A stretch of 24,000 nt of DNA, from the NCBI RefSeq assembly GCF_055395405.1, contig NZ_AP038243.1, one strand, 5' to 3'. The notes beneath the pieces were generated by a model, which searched no databases, had not been told where the DNA came from, and worked only from the letters and a program-made list of their open reading frames with translations. A program made the position numbers and the translations under genes. Numbering within the stretch: position 1 is the stretch's first letter; each line of letters starts with the position of its first letter. This document shows positions 8,795 to 17,920 of this stretch, one piece after another.

Positions 8795-9148
8795 TCATCC
8801 CTGGCGTTGCCAGGTAGCACTTCCGTTCTTACAGTCAACGCGCACACGATACTGAATATCTGCTTTCTTTCCACGGGCAGTGAGATGCACCGTGATGACA
8901 TTATCACCTTTATTTACCGGCTCACGAAGATTCACCCAGACAACGGGGCGCAGCTGACCGAGAATTTCCTGGTCATCTTTCCACTGAAGCACCTGTTTCT
9001 GGAGATAGTCCCGTTTTACGCTGGCTGCAACAGTCGATGCTTCCTGCCCTTCACATCGTGGAAAACTGACGGTTCTGTTTTTTTCAGCGGCCAGTGATGA
9101 TGTACAGATACCGAAGATGAGCAGAATGGAAGAGAGTGCTTTGTTCAT
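8795..9148 (-). CDS. Small exported hypothetical protein
   Basis: 117 aa with signal peptide MNKALSSILLIFGICTSSLAA|EKNRTVSFPRCEG...; two cysteines in the mature part. Confidence 0.6.
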   Translation of the reverse strand: MNKALSSILLIFGICTSSLAAEKNRTVSFPRCEGQEASTVAASVKRDYLQKQVLQWKDDQEILGQLRPVVWVNLREPVNKGDNVITVHLTARGKKADIQYRVRVDCKNGSATWQRQG

Positions 9149-9462
9149 TTACAGGACCTCCACAGGGAATAGTTTCATTGCGGAGTTACATTTTAACAAC
9201 GTAAAACAGCATTTCCCGTAACAATCCTCACATAACTTCTTATCCCGTCACTTCCCGTTTCACATGAGCAGCACAGTCTGTTTTTTAACCCGTTTTTCAC
9301 TCATTTCCATAAACAAATCTTCGCTGACGATAAATCTTTTTTCTGCTTAACGATCGATTTTATCGATCGATACGATCTGTACAATTCATTTTACCAATGA
9401 GAAATCCGTCTTAAAATTGGACAAATTCATATGTCTGAAGGAAACATCAGGAGAGGTGGATT

Positions 9463-10212
9463 GTGAAAAAGTTACTGGCACTCACTGCGGTAGCTGCGCT
9501 TACCGGTACGTTTTCAACGCTGACGCTGGCAGATGCGGATAAAACCGGTTTCTATATCACGGGTAAGGCTGGTGCATCTGTTATCACTCAGGATAATCAG
9601 CGCTTTAGTCAGGACTTTGGGGATGATGTTTATAAGTATAAAGGCGGTGACAAGAGCGATACGGTTTTTGGTGCTGGCCTTGCGGTGGGATACGACTTTT
9701 ATCAGCACTACAATGTCCCTGTACGCACGGAAGTTGAATTCTATGGTCGCGGCTCTGCGAATTCCCGCTATCCACTGGATACATGGGAGTCCCCGTCTGG
9801 AGATAATGGTTGGAAGGAAGACACACAAAACAGGCTCAGCGTGAATACCCTGATGGTGAACACGTATTATGATTTCAGAAACAGCAGTGCTTTCACTCCG
9901 TGGGTATCAGCCGGACTGGGTTATGCGCGGGTACATCATAAGGCAACATACACCGATACCTCCTGGAATAAATCAGGTGAAGTAAGTGATGCTTCTTCAT
10001 TACATTACTCGGGATATGATAACAATTTCGCATGGAGCCTTGGTGTTGGCGTGAAATATGAGGTCACCCCGGATTTCAGTCTTGACCTTGCTTATCGCTA
10101 TCTTGATGCAGGTGATTCAACCCTGACGTATGAAGACGGGCAGGATACATATAAATCCTCTGTTGATGTCAGAAGTAACGAATTTACGTTAGGTGCTACA
10201 TACAGCTTCTGA
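9463..10212 (+). CDS. Outer-membrane beta-barrel of the Hek/Hra1/Tia adhesin-invasin family
   Basis: 249 aa: signal peptide, VFGAGLAVGYDFYQHYNVPVRTEVEFYGRG, VNTLMVNTYYDFRNSSAFTPWVSAGLGYARVHHK, WSLGVGVKYEVTPDFSLDLAYRYLD, C-terminal Phe (GATYSF). Recognised as Hra1/Hek/Tia-like. Confidence 0.78.
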   Translation: MKKLLALTAVAALTGTFSTLTLADADKTGFYITGKAGASVITQDNQRFSQDFGDDVYKYKGGDKSDTVFGAGLAVGYDFYQHYNVPVRTEVEFYGRGSANSRYPLDTWESPSGDNGWKEDTQNRLSVNTLMVNTYYDFRNSSAFTPWVSAGLGYARVHHKATYTDTSWNKSGEVSDASSLHYSGYDNNFAWSLGVGVKYEVTPDFSLDLAYRYLDAGDSTLTYEDGQDTYKSSVDVRSNEFTLGATYSF

Positions 10213-10298
10213 ATGTAATATCTGACTACACGTTGTTAAATTCAAAATCGCAGCGTGTGGTCTGATTTGATAGTTTAATACAACAGACACGTACCTTC

Positions 10299-10388
10299 AT
10301 GGCACTTCCTCAGCCCCCGGTTACATTCATTTGTACCAGATGTAAGTGGCGTAAAACCATTGTCCAAATAGTGGTTCTAAAAGATTAG
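10299..10388 (+). pseudogene. Truncated paralog of the zinc-ribbon protein at 10869
   Basis: MALPQPPVTFICTRCKWRKTIVQIVVLKD* against MIFPCPPITFICTNCQWSKTIIHMNCTAGFYECPVCG; nucleotide similarity also visible; the second CxxC knuckle is missing. Confidence 0.6.
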
Positions 10389-10424
10389 ATACTCATTTAG
10401 ATATTATATAGCATAAGGTGATAT

Positions 10425-10778
10425 ATGGGATTTTGGGATGCTATAATGGGATTCGGTAAGCTTGCTTCTAATGCTGCTGCTGAAACGATGAAAAAAGCTA
10501 ATTTCAATGTGTGGGATAAAATAAAATCATCTCCGGTAGAAAGAATTAACGATTTTTATAACCAAAATAATACATCTGAGCATAATCGGCCAGCATGCAG
10601 AGGATTGGCTATTGCTGCTCTATGTTTTAGGGGGGATTGGAGCGGGGAGCGTTTATGGCGTGAAGATCAGGAGGCTGCTAATTGGTTAAAGAATTTTAGA
10701 ATAAAAATTTCACTGGATACATGTGATTCTGCAGATGAACTACGTAAAATAATCGATCGTCTTACAGAACTGAATTGA
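10425..10778 (+). CDS. Conserved-looking hypothetical protein
   Basis: 117 aa: MGFWDAIMGFGKLASNAAAETMKKANFNVWDKIKSSPVERINDFY...; aaggtg upstream of ATG. Confidence 0.6.
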   Translation: MGFWDAIMGFGKLASNAAAETMKKANFNVWDKIKSSPVERINDFYNQNNTSEHNRPACRGLAIAALCFRGDWSGERLWREDQEAANWLKNFRIKISLDTCDSADELRKIIDRLTELN

Positions 10779-10868
10779 TTACTGGAGGTGAAGTTATTTT
10801 TATAGGGATAAATCGAAAATATTTACATGTCCCTGTAAGTGTTATTTATATATCGAGAGTGTGAGCCA

Positions 10869-11060
10869 ATGATTTTTCCCTGTCCACCCATTACATTTAT
10901 CTGTACAAATTGTCAATGGAGTAAAACTATTATTCATATGAATTGTACAGCAGGATTTTATGAATGTCCTGTGTGTGGAGAGAAAGTTATTTATAAACGT
11001 AAGGCTACAATTACAGAAAATCTTTTTGCCAGAGCAATACAATTGTTTCTCAAAAAATAA
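10869..11060 (+). CDS. Small zinc-ribbon-like protein
   Basis: MIFPCPPITFICTNCQWSKTIIHMNCTAGFYECPVCGEKVIYKRKATITENLFARAIQLFLKK; CxxC...CxxC knuckles. Confidence 0.65.
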   Translation: MIFPCPPITFICTNCQWSKTIIHMNCTAGFYECPVCGEKVIYKRKATITENLFARAIQLFLKK

Positions 11061-11151
11061 TATTATTTAATTGGTGATAATACTGGTGTTCCGATATCTG
11101 TCGGAGATAGTTTTTAGAAAGTGATCGTGAAATTTTTAGGTGTTTTGTTGT

Positions 11152-11808
11152 ATGACTGATAATGAAAATATTCTCACGCCATCAAAAATCATAAAATTTC
11201 TGGATTACGCTTATGAAAAATCCATCGATGGTATTGGTATCCCAGGAATTGATACGGCACATAGTCTTGCGGAAAGTTATCTGAAAACGGGTAGTAGTTT
11301 AAAAGAACAGATAAATAGCCTTATTCGATGGCAAAATACCAAGTCAGCCACATCAGGTTTTCTTACTGGTCTTGGAGGAATTATTACATTACCAGTAACT
11401 ATACCGACCAATATTTCAAGTGTCCTTTTCATTCAGGTCAGGATGGTTGCATCTATTGCGATCATGTGTGGCCAGGATATTCGTGATGATAAAGTCAGAA
11501 CTATTGTTTATACCTGTCTTGTAGGTAATGCTGCGAAAGATATTTTGAAGGAAGCAGGAATTCAGATAGGACAAAAGTTGACAACAAATGCAATTAGATG
11601 TATTAGTAAAGATATTATTGTAAAGATAAATAAGGCAGTCGGTTTCAGACTGCTTACAAAAACAGGTGCTACTGGTGTTATTAATATGTCAAAGTTTGTT
11701 CCTGTTGTAGGAGGAATCGTTGGTGGTAGTCTTGATGCGATAACAACCAACATCGTTGGTAATTATGCCAGAGATACATTCCTGAGTTTGATTGATAATG
11801 ATTTATAA
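11152..11808 (+). CDS. EcsC-family-like protein
   Basis: Start chosen at ATG 11152 (ORF extends upstream to GTG 11140). KTGSSLKEQINSLIRWQNTKSATSGFLTGLGGIITLPVTIPTNISSVLFIQVRMVASIAIMCGQDIRDDKVRT...VGGIVGGSLDAITTNIVGNYARDTF, typical EcsC/DUF697-like amphipathic region. Confidence 0.72.
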   Translation: MTDNENILTPSKIIKFLDYAYEKSIDGIGIPGIDTAHSLAESYLKTGSSLKEQINSLIRWQNTKSATSGFLTGLGGIITLPVTIPTNISSVLFIQVRMVASIAIMCGQDIRDDKVRTIVYTCLVGNAAKDILKEAGIQIGQKLTTNAIRCISKDIIVKINKAVGFRLLTKTGATGVINMSKFVPVVGGIVGGSLDAITTNIVGNYARDTFLSLIDNDL

Positions 11809-12120
11809 AATAAACGTTTCATAAAAAATAGTATTTGAGGTGTGCTGACGATAGTGGATACTGTAGTATTATTGTTTCAAGTTGCACAAATTTTAACTAA
11901 CATTAGGTGTAAAATTATCCTGACTGGCAGGTAATACTGCCGCTTAATATGGAAAGGTTGTATTAAACTGCAAGGAGAATTTCATCGCATATCCTTACCC
12001 ACAAAATTGGGTAGGGCAAGATCATGAACGTTTTTTGAACAAAAATAGAGTGATTGACCTGCTGAGCCTGTTGTGATCTTATGCTTTCTTTTAGAGGCAT
12101 AAAGATGAACATCAATACTA

Positions 12121-12258
12121 TTAAGCAGCATTTTTCCACATCCGTTCAATCGGATTCAGATTCGGACTATAAGGAGGAAGGTAATGCAACCTTATATTGA
12201 CCACTTCCGCCCAGTCCTTTACTAACTGTGAGCGGTGGTAACCGCAGGGCAATCGCAT
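12121..12258 (-). pseudogene. IS630-family transposase C-terminal remnant
   Basis: Reverse translation: MRLPCGYHRSQLVKDWAEVVNIRLHYLPPYSPNLNPIERMWKNAA*; diagnostic LPPYSPxLNPIExxW motif. Too short for the supplied ORF track. Confidence 0.88.
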
Positions 12259-12327
12259 GAAAAATAATGATACGTGACATGCAGGATAAATATGTCAACA
12301 TAACCTTTTTTATCAAAGGGATATATT

Positions 12328-12751
12328 ATGTCTCATATACCGCCGGTTACCGATATATTCATCTCAATACATGATCCCTGTCAGCCCTGGACAAGTCAGG
12401 CACACTCTGGTTGATACATTGACCATTGCCGTTTGTGGTGTGCTGGTCGGTGCGGATAATTTTCAGGAAATTGAGCTCTGGGCAGGCAACGCATTGAGTG
12501 GCTCCGCCAGTTTTTTACCTCTAAAAAATGGCATACCTTCCCATGATACATTCGCCCGTCTTTTTGGGCTGATTGTCCCTGAGCAGTTTGAAGCTGCGTT
12601 CCGGCGATGGGGTTCAGAAGTCCTTCCTGTTTTATCTTCTCAGGTAGTCGCTATTGATGGAAAGACAAGTCGTCGCTCAGGAAGTCGCTGCCAGTCACCT
12701 CTTCATCGGGGGAATCAAAGCGCGATGGTTTATTGCAGCGACCTCGGTTGA
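12328..12751 (+). pseudogene. ISAs1-family (H-repeat-associated type) transposase, N-terminal part only, frameshifted
   Basis: Frame 1 from ATG 12328: MSHIPPVTDIFISIHDPCQPW; frame 2: GQVRHTLVDTLTIAVCGVLVGADNFQEIELWAGNALSGSASFLPLKNGIPSHDTFARLFGLIVPEQFEAAFRRW...VVAIDGKTSRRSG. Frameshift between about 12372 and 12400; C-terminal two thirds missing. Confidence 0.85.
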
Positions 12752-12852
12752 CTATATGCCTGCTCTTCTGGGGCTTAGCTGAGTTTCATTACATTTGTCC
12801 AGGTCAGGGGGAAGATCCTTACTGACCCCGGAATGGCATCCTGGTGCAGATA

Positions 12853-13908
12853 TTACTGATATTTCAGACTGTTCTGAAAGCAAATGTCTGCGGGGATCAG
12901 TTCTCCGGAAAACGGTAACATCCAGGGCCAGATCTCCTCCCCGTTCAATGTCCGTAATTTCTGAACGATTTCCTCAGAAAGACGATCATCAATTCTTTCC
13001 CGTAAGAGCTCCCGCTGCTGAAAAATGCTTTCATTCATTTCCTGATCATCTGCCCTTAACAGCATTTCAGCACACTTCATGAATTCAGCCCGTTCGCTCA
13101 GTACGCCAGACTGGTTGTAGAGCCAGTTAACAAATAACAATGCCTCGGGATATTTTCCCCATAACGGGCAGAATGTTTCATAATACTGTCTGGCTGTATC
13201 CGGCTCAGATGAATAATCATGCCAAAGGGCAAGCGGGAAGGGGTACAGATTTCCGCATAGAATCTCCGCGATATAAGTATTTTCTGCAAAGCCGCGCCGG
13301 AAAGCTGTCGCTGCCTTCACCGGCTCTCCATTAATAAAATGCAGAAGACCAAGCTCATACCAGTAAGGCGAAAATTCATCTGCATACTGCCGGAGAACAC
13401 AGAGAGCCCGTTCATGGTCACCAGAACGCAGTAGTTCCGGTCCCAGTAACCAGCGTGCTCCCGGATTATCTGAAGGATTGTAAGTCAGAATTTTATCAAT
13501 GAGCATGACAGCATTCTGATGATGCTGCAGGTGCACATTCGCGAGGATAGCGGCGTAAAGGGCATTCAGAAAGGGCCTGTTTTCCGGATGTAACCAGCTG
13601 ATTTCATCGGTGAAACCTTCGGGTATCAGTCGGTTACCTGCCGCCAGTCCTTTGAGTGCAATATTCAGCGCTTTTCGCGGTGTCTCCTGCTCCAGAAAGG
13701 CATATGCCATGTATGCATACGCATCAATAAAATCCGGTTCCTGTTGTGTGATACGCTTCAGGGCATTGATATAAGACCTGTCGCTGAGCTCATCCTCGTC
13801 AAAGGCGTCAAGCAGTTCGTCAAACTTCTCCAGTAGTGATTCATACCAGGTTTCCGGGAAAATGAAGCAGCCCTGATCATTCTTCACTTCAAAGCGTAAT
13901 CTGTTCAT
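12853..13908 (-). CDS. Tetratricopeptide-repeat-like protein, hypothetical
   Basis: 351 aa intact ORF with TPR-like helices (DFIDAYAYMAYAFLEQETPRKALNIALKGLAAG; PGARWLLGPELLRSGDHERALCVLRQYADEFSPYWYELGLLHFINGEPVKAATAFRRGF). Confidence 0.65.
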   Translation of the reverse strand: MNRLRFEVKNDQGCFIFPETWYESLLEKFDELLDAFDEDELSDRSYINALKRITQQEPDFIDAYAYMAYAFLEQETPRKALNIALKGLAAGNRLIPEGFTDEISWLHPENRPFLNALYAAILANVHLQHHQNAVMLIDKILTYNPSDNPGARWLLGPELLRSGDHERALCVLRQYADEFSPYWYELGLLHFINGEPVKAATAFRRGFAENTYIAEILCGNLYPFPLALWHDYSSEPDTARQYYETFCPLWGKYPEALLFVNWLYNQSGVLSERAEFMKCAEMLLRADDQEMNESIFQQRELLRERIDDRLSEEIVQKLRTLNGEEIWPWMLPFSGELIPADICFQNSLKYQ

Positions 13909-14238
13909 ATGCTGAATCTGTTGTAAATCTGGAAAAACTTATGGTTCTTCAAGAATAAAACCCACGGCAGTTTGTATCAAGTTTCTTCTCATAACGGTAA
14001 CAGCAGGCCAGAGATATTTTTGTGTTAGTCATGGATTCATTTTTCAATGAGGAGCAATCAGCCTGACTGGTAATGATGCTGTAGAAATGTGGCTGCGAGG
14101 TCAGAACAGCAGTGTGCTGCTATATGAAAATGACGATGTGAAGCTATCATCATTTTGGTAAGGCGTCTTAGTGCGCTCATCAGATGATATTGAATATATC
14201 TCCTGAAGTCAGAAATCAAAAAATACAAATGGTAGTTA

Positions 14239-14271
14239 CCTCCCCACCAACCACAGCGGTTAGTGGGGAGG
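14239..14271. terminator. Strong inverted repeat immediately downstream of the integrase gene
   Basis: cctccccac c aacc acagc ggtt a gtggggagg: 9-bp outer stem plus 4-bp inner stem; no clear poly-U tail for the integrase strand, so terminator function is tentative. Confidence 0.4.
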
Positions 14272-14273
14272 AC

Positions 14274-15467
14274 TTATTTCGTTTGTACTTTTTTCTCCAT
14301 AAGTGAATCAATGTAATCAGCGTACCACTGCATCATTTCACGACGTCCCTCCAGATATTGCGCATGGTTATAAGTGCCACGCATGACGTTTTTATCAACA
14401 TGGGCAAGCTGGAGTTCAATCCAGGCTGAGCTGAAATCATGGTCATGGAGAATGGTGCTGAAGGTATGACGAAATCCGTGGGCTGTTGTCAGGGCATGCC
14501 AGCCTGACTGCTCAAGGAATTCATTGATACACTTCCGGTTTCGCGGGAGATCTTTTCTGAATGCCCCGGGAATAATAAAGGCGGAATTACGCGATTCAGT
14601 GCGTGTTTTTATCTCCTCCAGTAACGCCAGTACCTGGCGTGAAAGCGGCACAACGTGCGGTCGTCGCATTTTCATTCTTTCTTTCGGAATAACCCACAGG
14701 GCATCCGTGAAATTAATTTCGTCCCAGGTTGCCAGTCGCAGTTCTCCGGTGCGAACAGCAGTCAAAACCAGCATCCGCGTTGCCAGCGACATCAGATTTC
14801 CGGAAGCCGTTATCTGATGCATGAAAGCTCCTATCTGTTCTTCAGAAAGCGTCCTGCGCTGTTGTTTTTCCGGAGGAAGCAGTACCCCGCTGAGTGTCGA
14901 TGCCGGATTAACGGTTGCACGTCCTGTTGCTATGGCATAATCAAAAACCTGCGCACAGAGCTGGCGTGTTTTACGCAGTGCTTCAAGTTTTCCCTGTTCT
15001 TCTATACTCCTCAGGACGTTCAGTATTTCCATGGGGCGGATCCCGGTCACAGGACGGTTTCCAAGAGCAGGGAAAACATGATTTTCAAGTCTTGCACGCT
15101 GGTCTGCCTGGTAACCTGTTGTCCATCGACGTGCCATATGAGTAAGCAGCTCCTCTGCAATGGTGCGAAATGTGCAGGCCATACTTTCCCTGATGGCAAG
15201 TTTTCGCGCCTGTTTTTCATACGACGGATCTTTGCCTTCAGCCAGAAGTTTACGTGCTTCATCCCGCTTCTGACGAGCCTGAGCCAGTGATATGTCAGGA
15301 TAGACACCAATCACCAGTTTCTTTTCCTTACCGGCAAACCGGTACTTCAGATTCCAGTAACGGGCACCGGATTTTTTGACAAGAAGATAAAGGCCCTGAC
15401 CGTCAGAAAGTTTGTAATCCTTGTCAGCAGGTTTAGCCGACTCAATTTGTCGAACAGTAAGTGGCAT
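14274..15467 (-). CDS. int: P4-type tyrosine recombinase / island integrase
   Basis: 397 aa: N-terminal LTVRQIESAKPADKDYKLSDGQGLYLLVKKSGARYWNLKYRFAGKEKKLVIGVYPDISLAQAR (DUF4102 type); catalytic motifs TAVRTGELRLATWDEI, HGFRHTFSTILHD, AHVDKNVMRGTYNHAQY. Confidence 0.96.
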   Translation of the reverse strand: MPLTVRQIESAKPADKDYKLSDGQGLYLLVKKSGARYWNLKYRFAGKEKKLVIGVYPDISLAQARQKRDEARKLLAEGKDPSYEKQARKLAIRESMACTFRTIAEELLTHMARRWTTGYQADQRARLENHVFPALGNRPVTGIRPMEILNVLRSIEEQGKLEALRKTRQLCAQVFDYAIATGRATVNPASTLSGVLLPPEKQQRRTLSEEQIGAFMHQITASGNLMSLATRMLVLTAVRTGELRLATWDEINFTDALWVIPKERMKMRRPHVVPLSRQVLALLEEIKTRTESRNSAFIIPGAFRKDLPRNRKCINEFLEQSGWHALTTAHGFRHTFSTILHDHDFSSAWIELQLAHVDKNVMRGTYNHAQYLEGRREMMQWYADYIDSLMEKKVQTK

Positions 15468-15653
15468 GAGTTACCCCTGAAATGTAGCCCCCAGAATAGC
15501 CCCCAAAATCATCTTGATGTTCATGGAATATGATTGACCCCCAGAGAAAAGGAATTTCTGATGATATCTTATTTCAAAGGGGGTTAAAGGGGGAGGGGTT
15601 AGCTCTGTTGAAATCAGTTGATATCAATAGATCCTCCCCAGAGGAGCGAGGGG

Positions 15654-15681
15654 ACCGATCGCGCTCAATGTTGCGATCGGT
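15654..15681. terminator. Perfect 9-bp stem hairpin at the 3' side of zntA
   Basis: accgatcgc (15654-15662) - 10-nt loop - gcgatcggt (15673-15681), followed by ttt on the + strand. Confidence 0.5.
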
Positions 15682-15686
15682 TTGCC

Positions 15687-17885
15687 TTATTTCCTGCGCA
15701 ACAGCCTTAACGCATTCGCCGTCACCAGCACCGTCGCACCCGTATCTGCCAGCACCGCCAGCCACAGTCCGGTCATCCCTAACAGCGTCGTGACGAGGAA
15801 AACGCCTTTCAGCCCCAGCGCAATAGTGATGTTCTGGCGGATATTGGCGTGAGTGGCGCGTGCCAGTTCAATCATTTGCACCAGACCGCGCAGGTGGTTA
15901 TGGGTTAATGCTGCATCGGCGGTTTCCAGCGCCACGTCTGTGCCGCTACCCATTGCAATCCCGATGGCGGCAGCTTTCATCGCTGGCGCGTCGTTAATAC
16001 CATCACCGACCATCGCCAGCGGCGCATGTTGATTCAGCTCGGTCACCGCTTTGACTTTATCTTCCGGCAACAGGCCCGCTTTAAACTCCAGCCCCAACTC
16101 CCCGGCAATTGCCGCCGCTGCGCGTGGATTATCGCCGGTGAGGATCACCCCTTTGACGCCCAGCGCGTTCAGTTCACTGATAGCAGTTGCAGCATCGGCG
16201 CGTAGAGTATCCTGCAATGCAATGATACCCAGCACGTCATCGTTACGTACTACCAGCACTACCGTTTGCCCGGCGCTTTCCAGTTCGTTAATTAAACCAG
16301 CAAATGCATCAGCGGGATGTTTCCCGGCAGCGCATATCAACACGCGCTCACCGTTAACCTGCGCTTCAATGCCAGACCCGACCAGCGCCCGCTGTGATTG
16401 GGCGGTGGGAATGGCGAGTTCAGCAATCTGTGCTTCGCGCACAATGGCCTGTGCCAGTGGATGCGTCGCGCCTTGCTCGACCGCCGCCGCCAGTGTCAGC
16501 AGTTCAGATTCACTAATACCCGTTGCCGGATGAATCGCGGTAACGCGCGGTTTACCGACGGTCAGCGTACCGGTTTTATCAAACGCCACCTGGGTAACAC
16601 GACCCAGCTGCTCCAGCGCCGCGCCGCCTTTAATCAACGCCCCACGACGCGCTGCTGCCGCCAGCCCGGAGGTAATCGCCGCGGGCGTGGAGATAACTAA
16701 AGCACACGGGCAACCAATCAGCAGCAGCGTCAGCCCTTTATAAATCCACTCTTGCCAGCTGGCGGCAAACAGCAGCGGCGGCACCAGCGTTACCAGCAGG
16801 GCGACGGCCATAATCGCTGGCGTATAAATACGGCTGAAGCGGTCGATAAACCGCTCAATGGGCGCGCGGCGCTCTTCGGCTTCTTCGATCAGTTTCAGAA
16901 TCCGGTCAATGGCGCTGGCACCCGGTTCTGACAGCACTTCCAGCGTTACCAGACGATCTACGCTGGTGGCTCCTGCAGGAACTTTATCGCCCGTCGCGCG
17001 CTCCACAGGAATGGATTCTCCGGTCAGGGCGCTTTCATCAAAACTGGCAAACGGTGAGAGCAGTTTACCGTCGGCAGGCAAACGCCCACCTGCGGCGACT
17101 TCAATCACATCGCCAGGCCGCAGGCTGTTAATCGCCACCTCTTCACGCTCACCGTTACTCAGACGCGTGGCGGTTTCTGGCTTCAGCGCCATTAACGCGC
17201 TAACGCCCTGACGCGCGCGGCTGGCGGCCCAGCCTTCCAGTCGTTCACCAATCAAAAACAGCAGCAACACCATCGCAGCTTCAGCCGTTGCGCCAATAAA
17301 CAGCGCCCCAATAGCGGCTATGCTCATTAAGGTTTCAATGGCGAAGTAGCTGCCGGATTTGATCAGCCGTAATGCCTGACGAGCAATCGGGTACAGCCCA
17401 ACCAGCGTGGTCGCGATAAACGCCAGTTGCCCGAACGGATGATTGAACTGCTCCAGACCCCAGCTGATTGCCATCATCACGATTAGCGTAATCAGCGGCA
17501 GATTCTCTTTCAGGCGTGATGCTTGTTGTTCGTCGGCGGCCTGTTCATCGCGCAGGGAATAGCCCGCTTTTTGCACCGCAGATTCAACCTGGGCACGGAT
17601 GTCATTGTCGGCATCGACTACCAGTTTTTCGGTGGCGAACAACACCTGCACCTGATTCACGCCTGCAAGCTGGCGCACGGCATTTTCTACCTTGCGCGCA
17701 CAGGCGGCGCAGTCCATGCCGCTGACTTTCCAGCTATAGCGGGTGCCGGAGACGTTTTCAGAGAGCGTTGGCGTGCTGGAACATGCGCCGTCGCAGCAAC
17801 AGTCGTTGGCGTTCTGTACCGTGGTTAGCGGTTTGAACGCAGCAAATTGAGGGGCTTTCTTGCCGTGATTGTCAGGAGTCGACAT
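15687..17885 (-). CDS. zntA: Zn2+/Cd2+/Pb2+-exporting P-type ATPase
   Basis: 732 aa: GMDCAACARKVENAV metal-binding domain, CPCALVIST, DKTGTLT, GDGINDAPAMK motifs. Confidence 0.98.
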   Translation of the reverse strand: MSTPDNHGKKAPQFAAFKPLTTVQNANDCCCDGACSSTPTLSENVSGTRYSWKVSGMDCAACARKVENAVRQLAGVNQVQVLFATEKLVVDADNDIRAQVESAVQKAGYSLRDEQAADEQQASRLKENLPLITLIVMMAISWGLEQFNHPFGQLAFIATTLVGLYPIARQALRLIKSGSYFAIETLMSIAAIGALFIGATAEAAMVLLLFLIGERLEGWAASRARQGVSALMALKPETATRLSNGEREEVAINSLRPGDVIEVAAGGRLPADGKLLSPFASFDESALTGESIPVERATGDKVPAGATSVDRLVTLEVLSEPGASAIDRILKLIEEAEERRAPIERFIDRFSRIYTPAIMAVALLVTLVPPLLFAASWQEWIYKGLTLLLIGCPCALVISTPAAITSGLAAAARRGALIKGGAALEQLGRVTQVAFDKTGTLTVGKPRVTAIHPATGISESELLTLAAAVEQGATHPLAQAIVREAQIAELAIPTAQSQRALVGSGIEAQVNGERVLICAAGKHPADAFAGLINELESAGQTVVLVVRNDDVLGIIALQDTLRADAATAISELNALGVKGVILTGDNPRAAAAIAGELGLEFKAGLLPEDKVKAVTELNQHAPLAMVGDGINDAPAMKAAAIGIAMGSGTDVALETADAALTHNHLRGLVQMIELARATHANIRQNITIALGLKGVFLVTTLLGMTGLWLAVLADTGATVLVTANALRLLRRK

Positions 17886-17920
17886 GGCATCCTCCGGTTA
17901 AGTTTTTTCTCATTAACCGA

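Noticed and set aside
8154-8907. ORFs 8154-8405, 8228-8416, 8457-8726 and 8605-8907
   Set aside because: Alternative-frame or antisense to the BON lipoprotein and the exported protein gene.
12795-13334. + and - strand ORFs 12795-13082, 13098-13289 and 13140-13334
   Set aside because: Lie inside the 351-aa TPR-like gene in other frames.
14239-14271. Possible CRISPR-like or attC-like hairpin beside the integrase
   Set aside because: Single inverted repeat only; no repeated units or spacers, and the recombinase is P4-type rather than an integron IntI.
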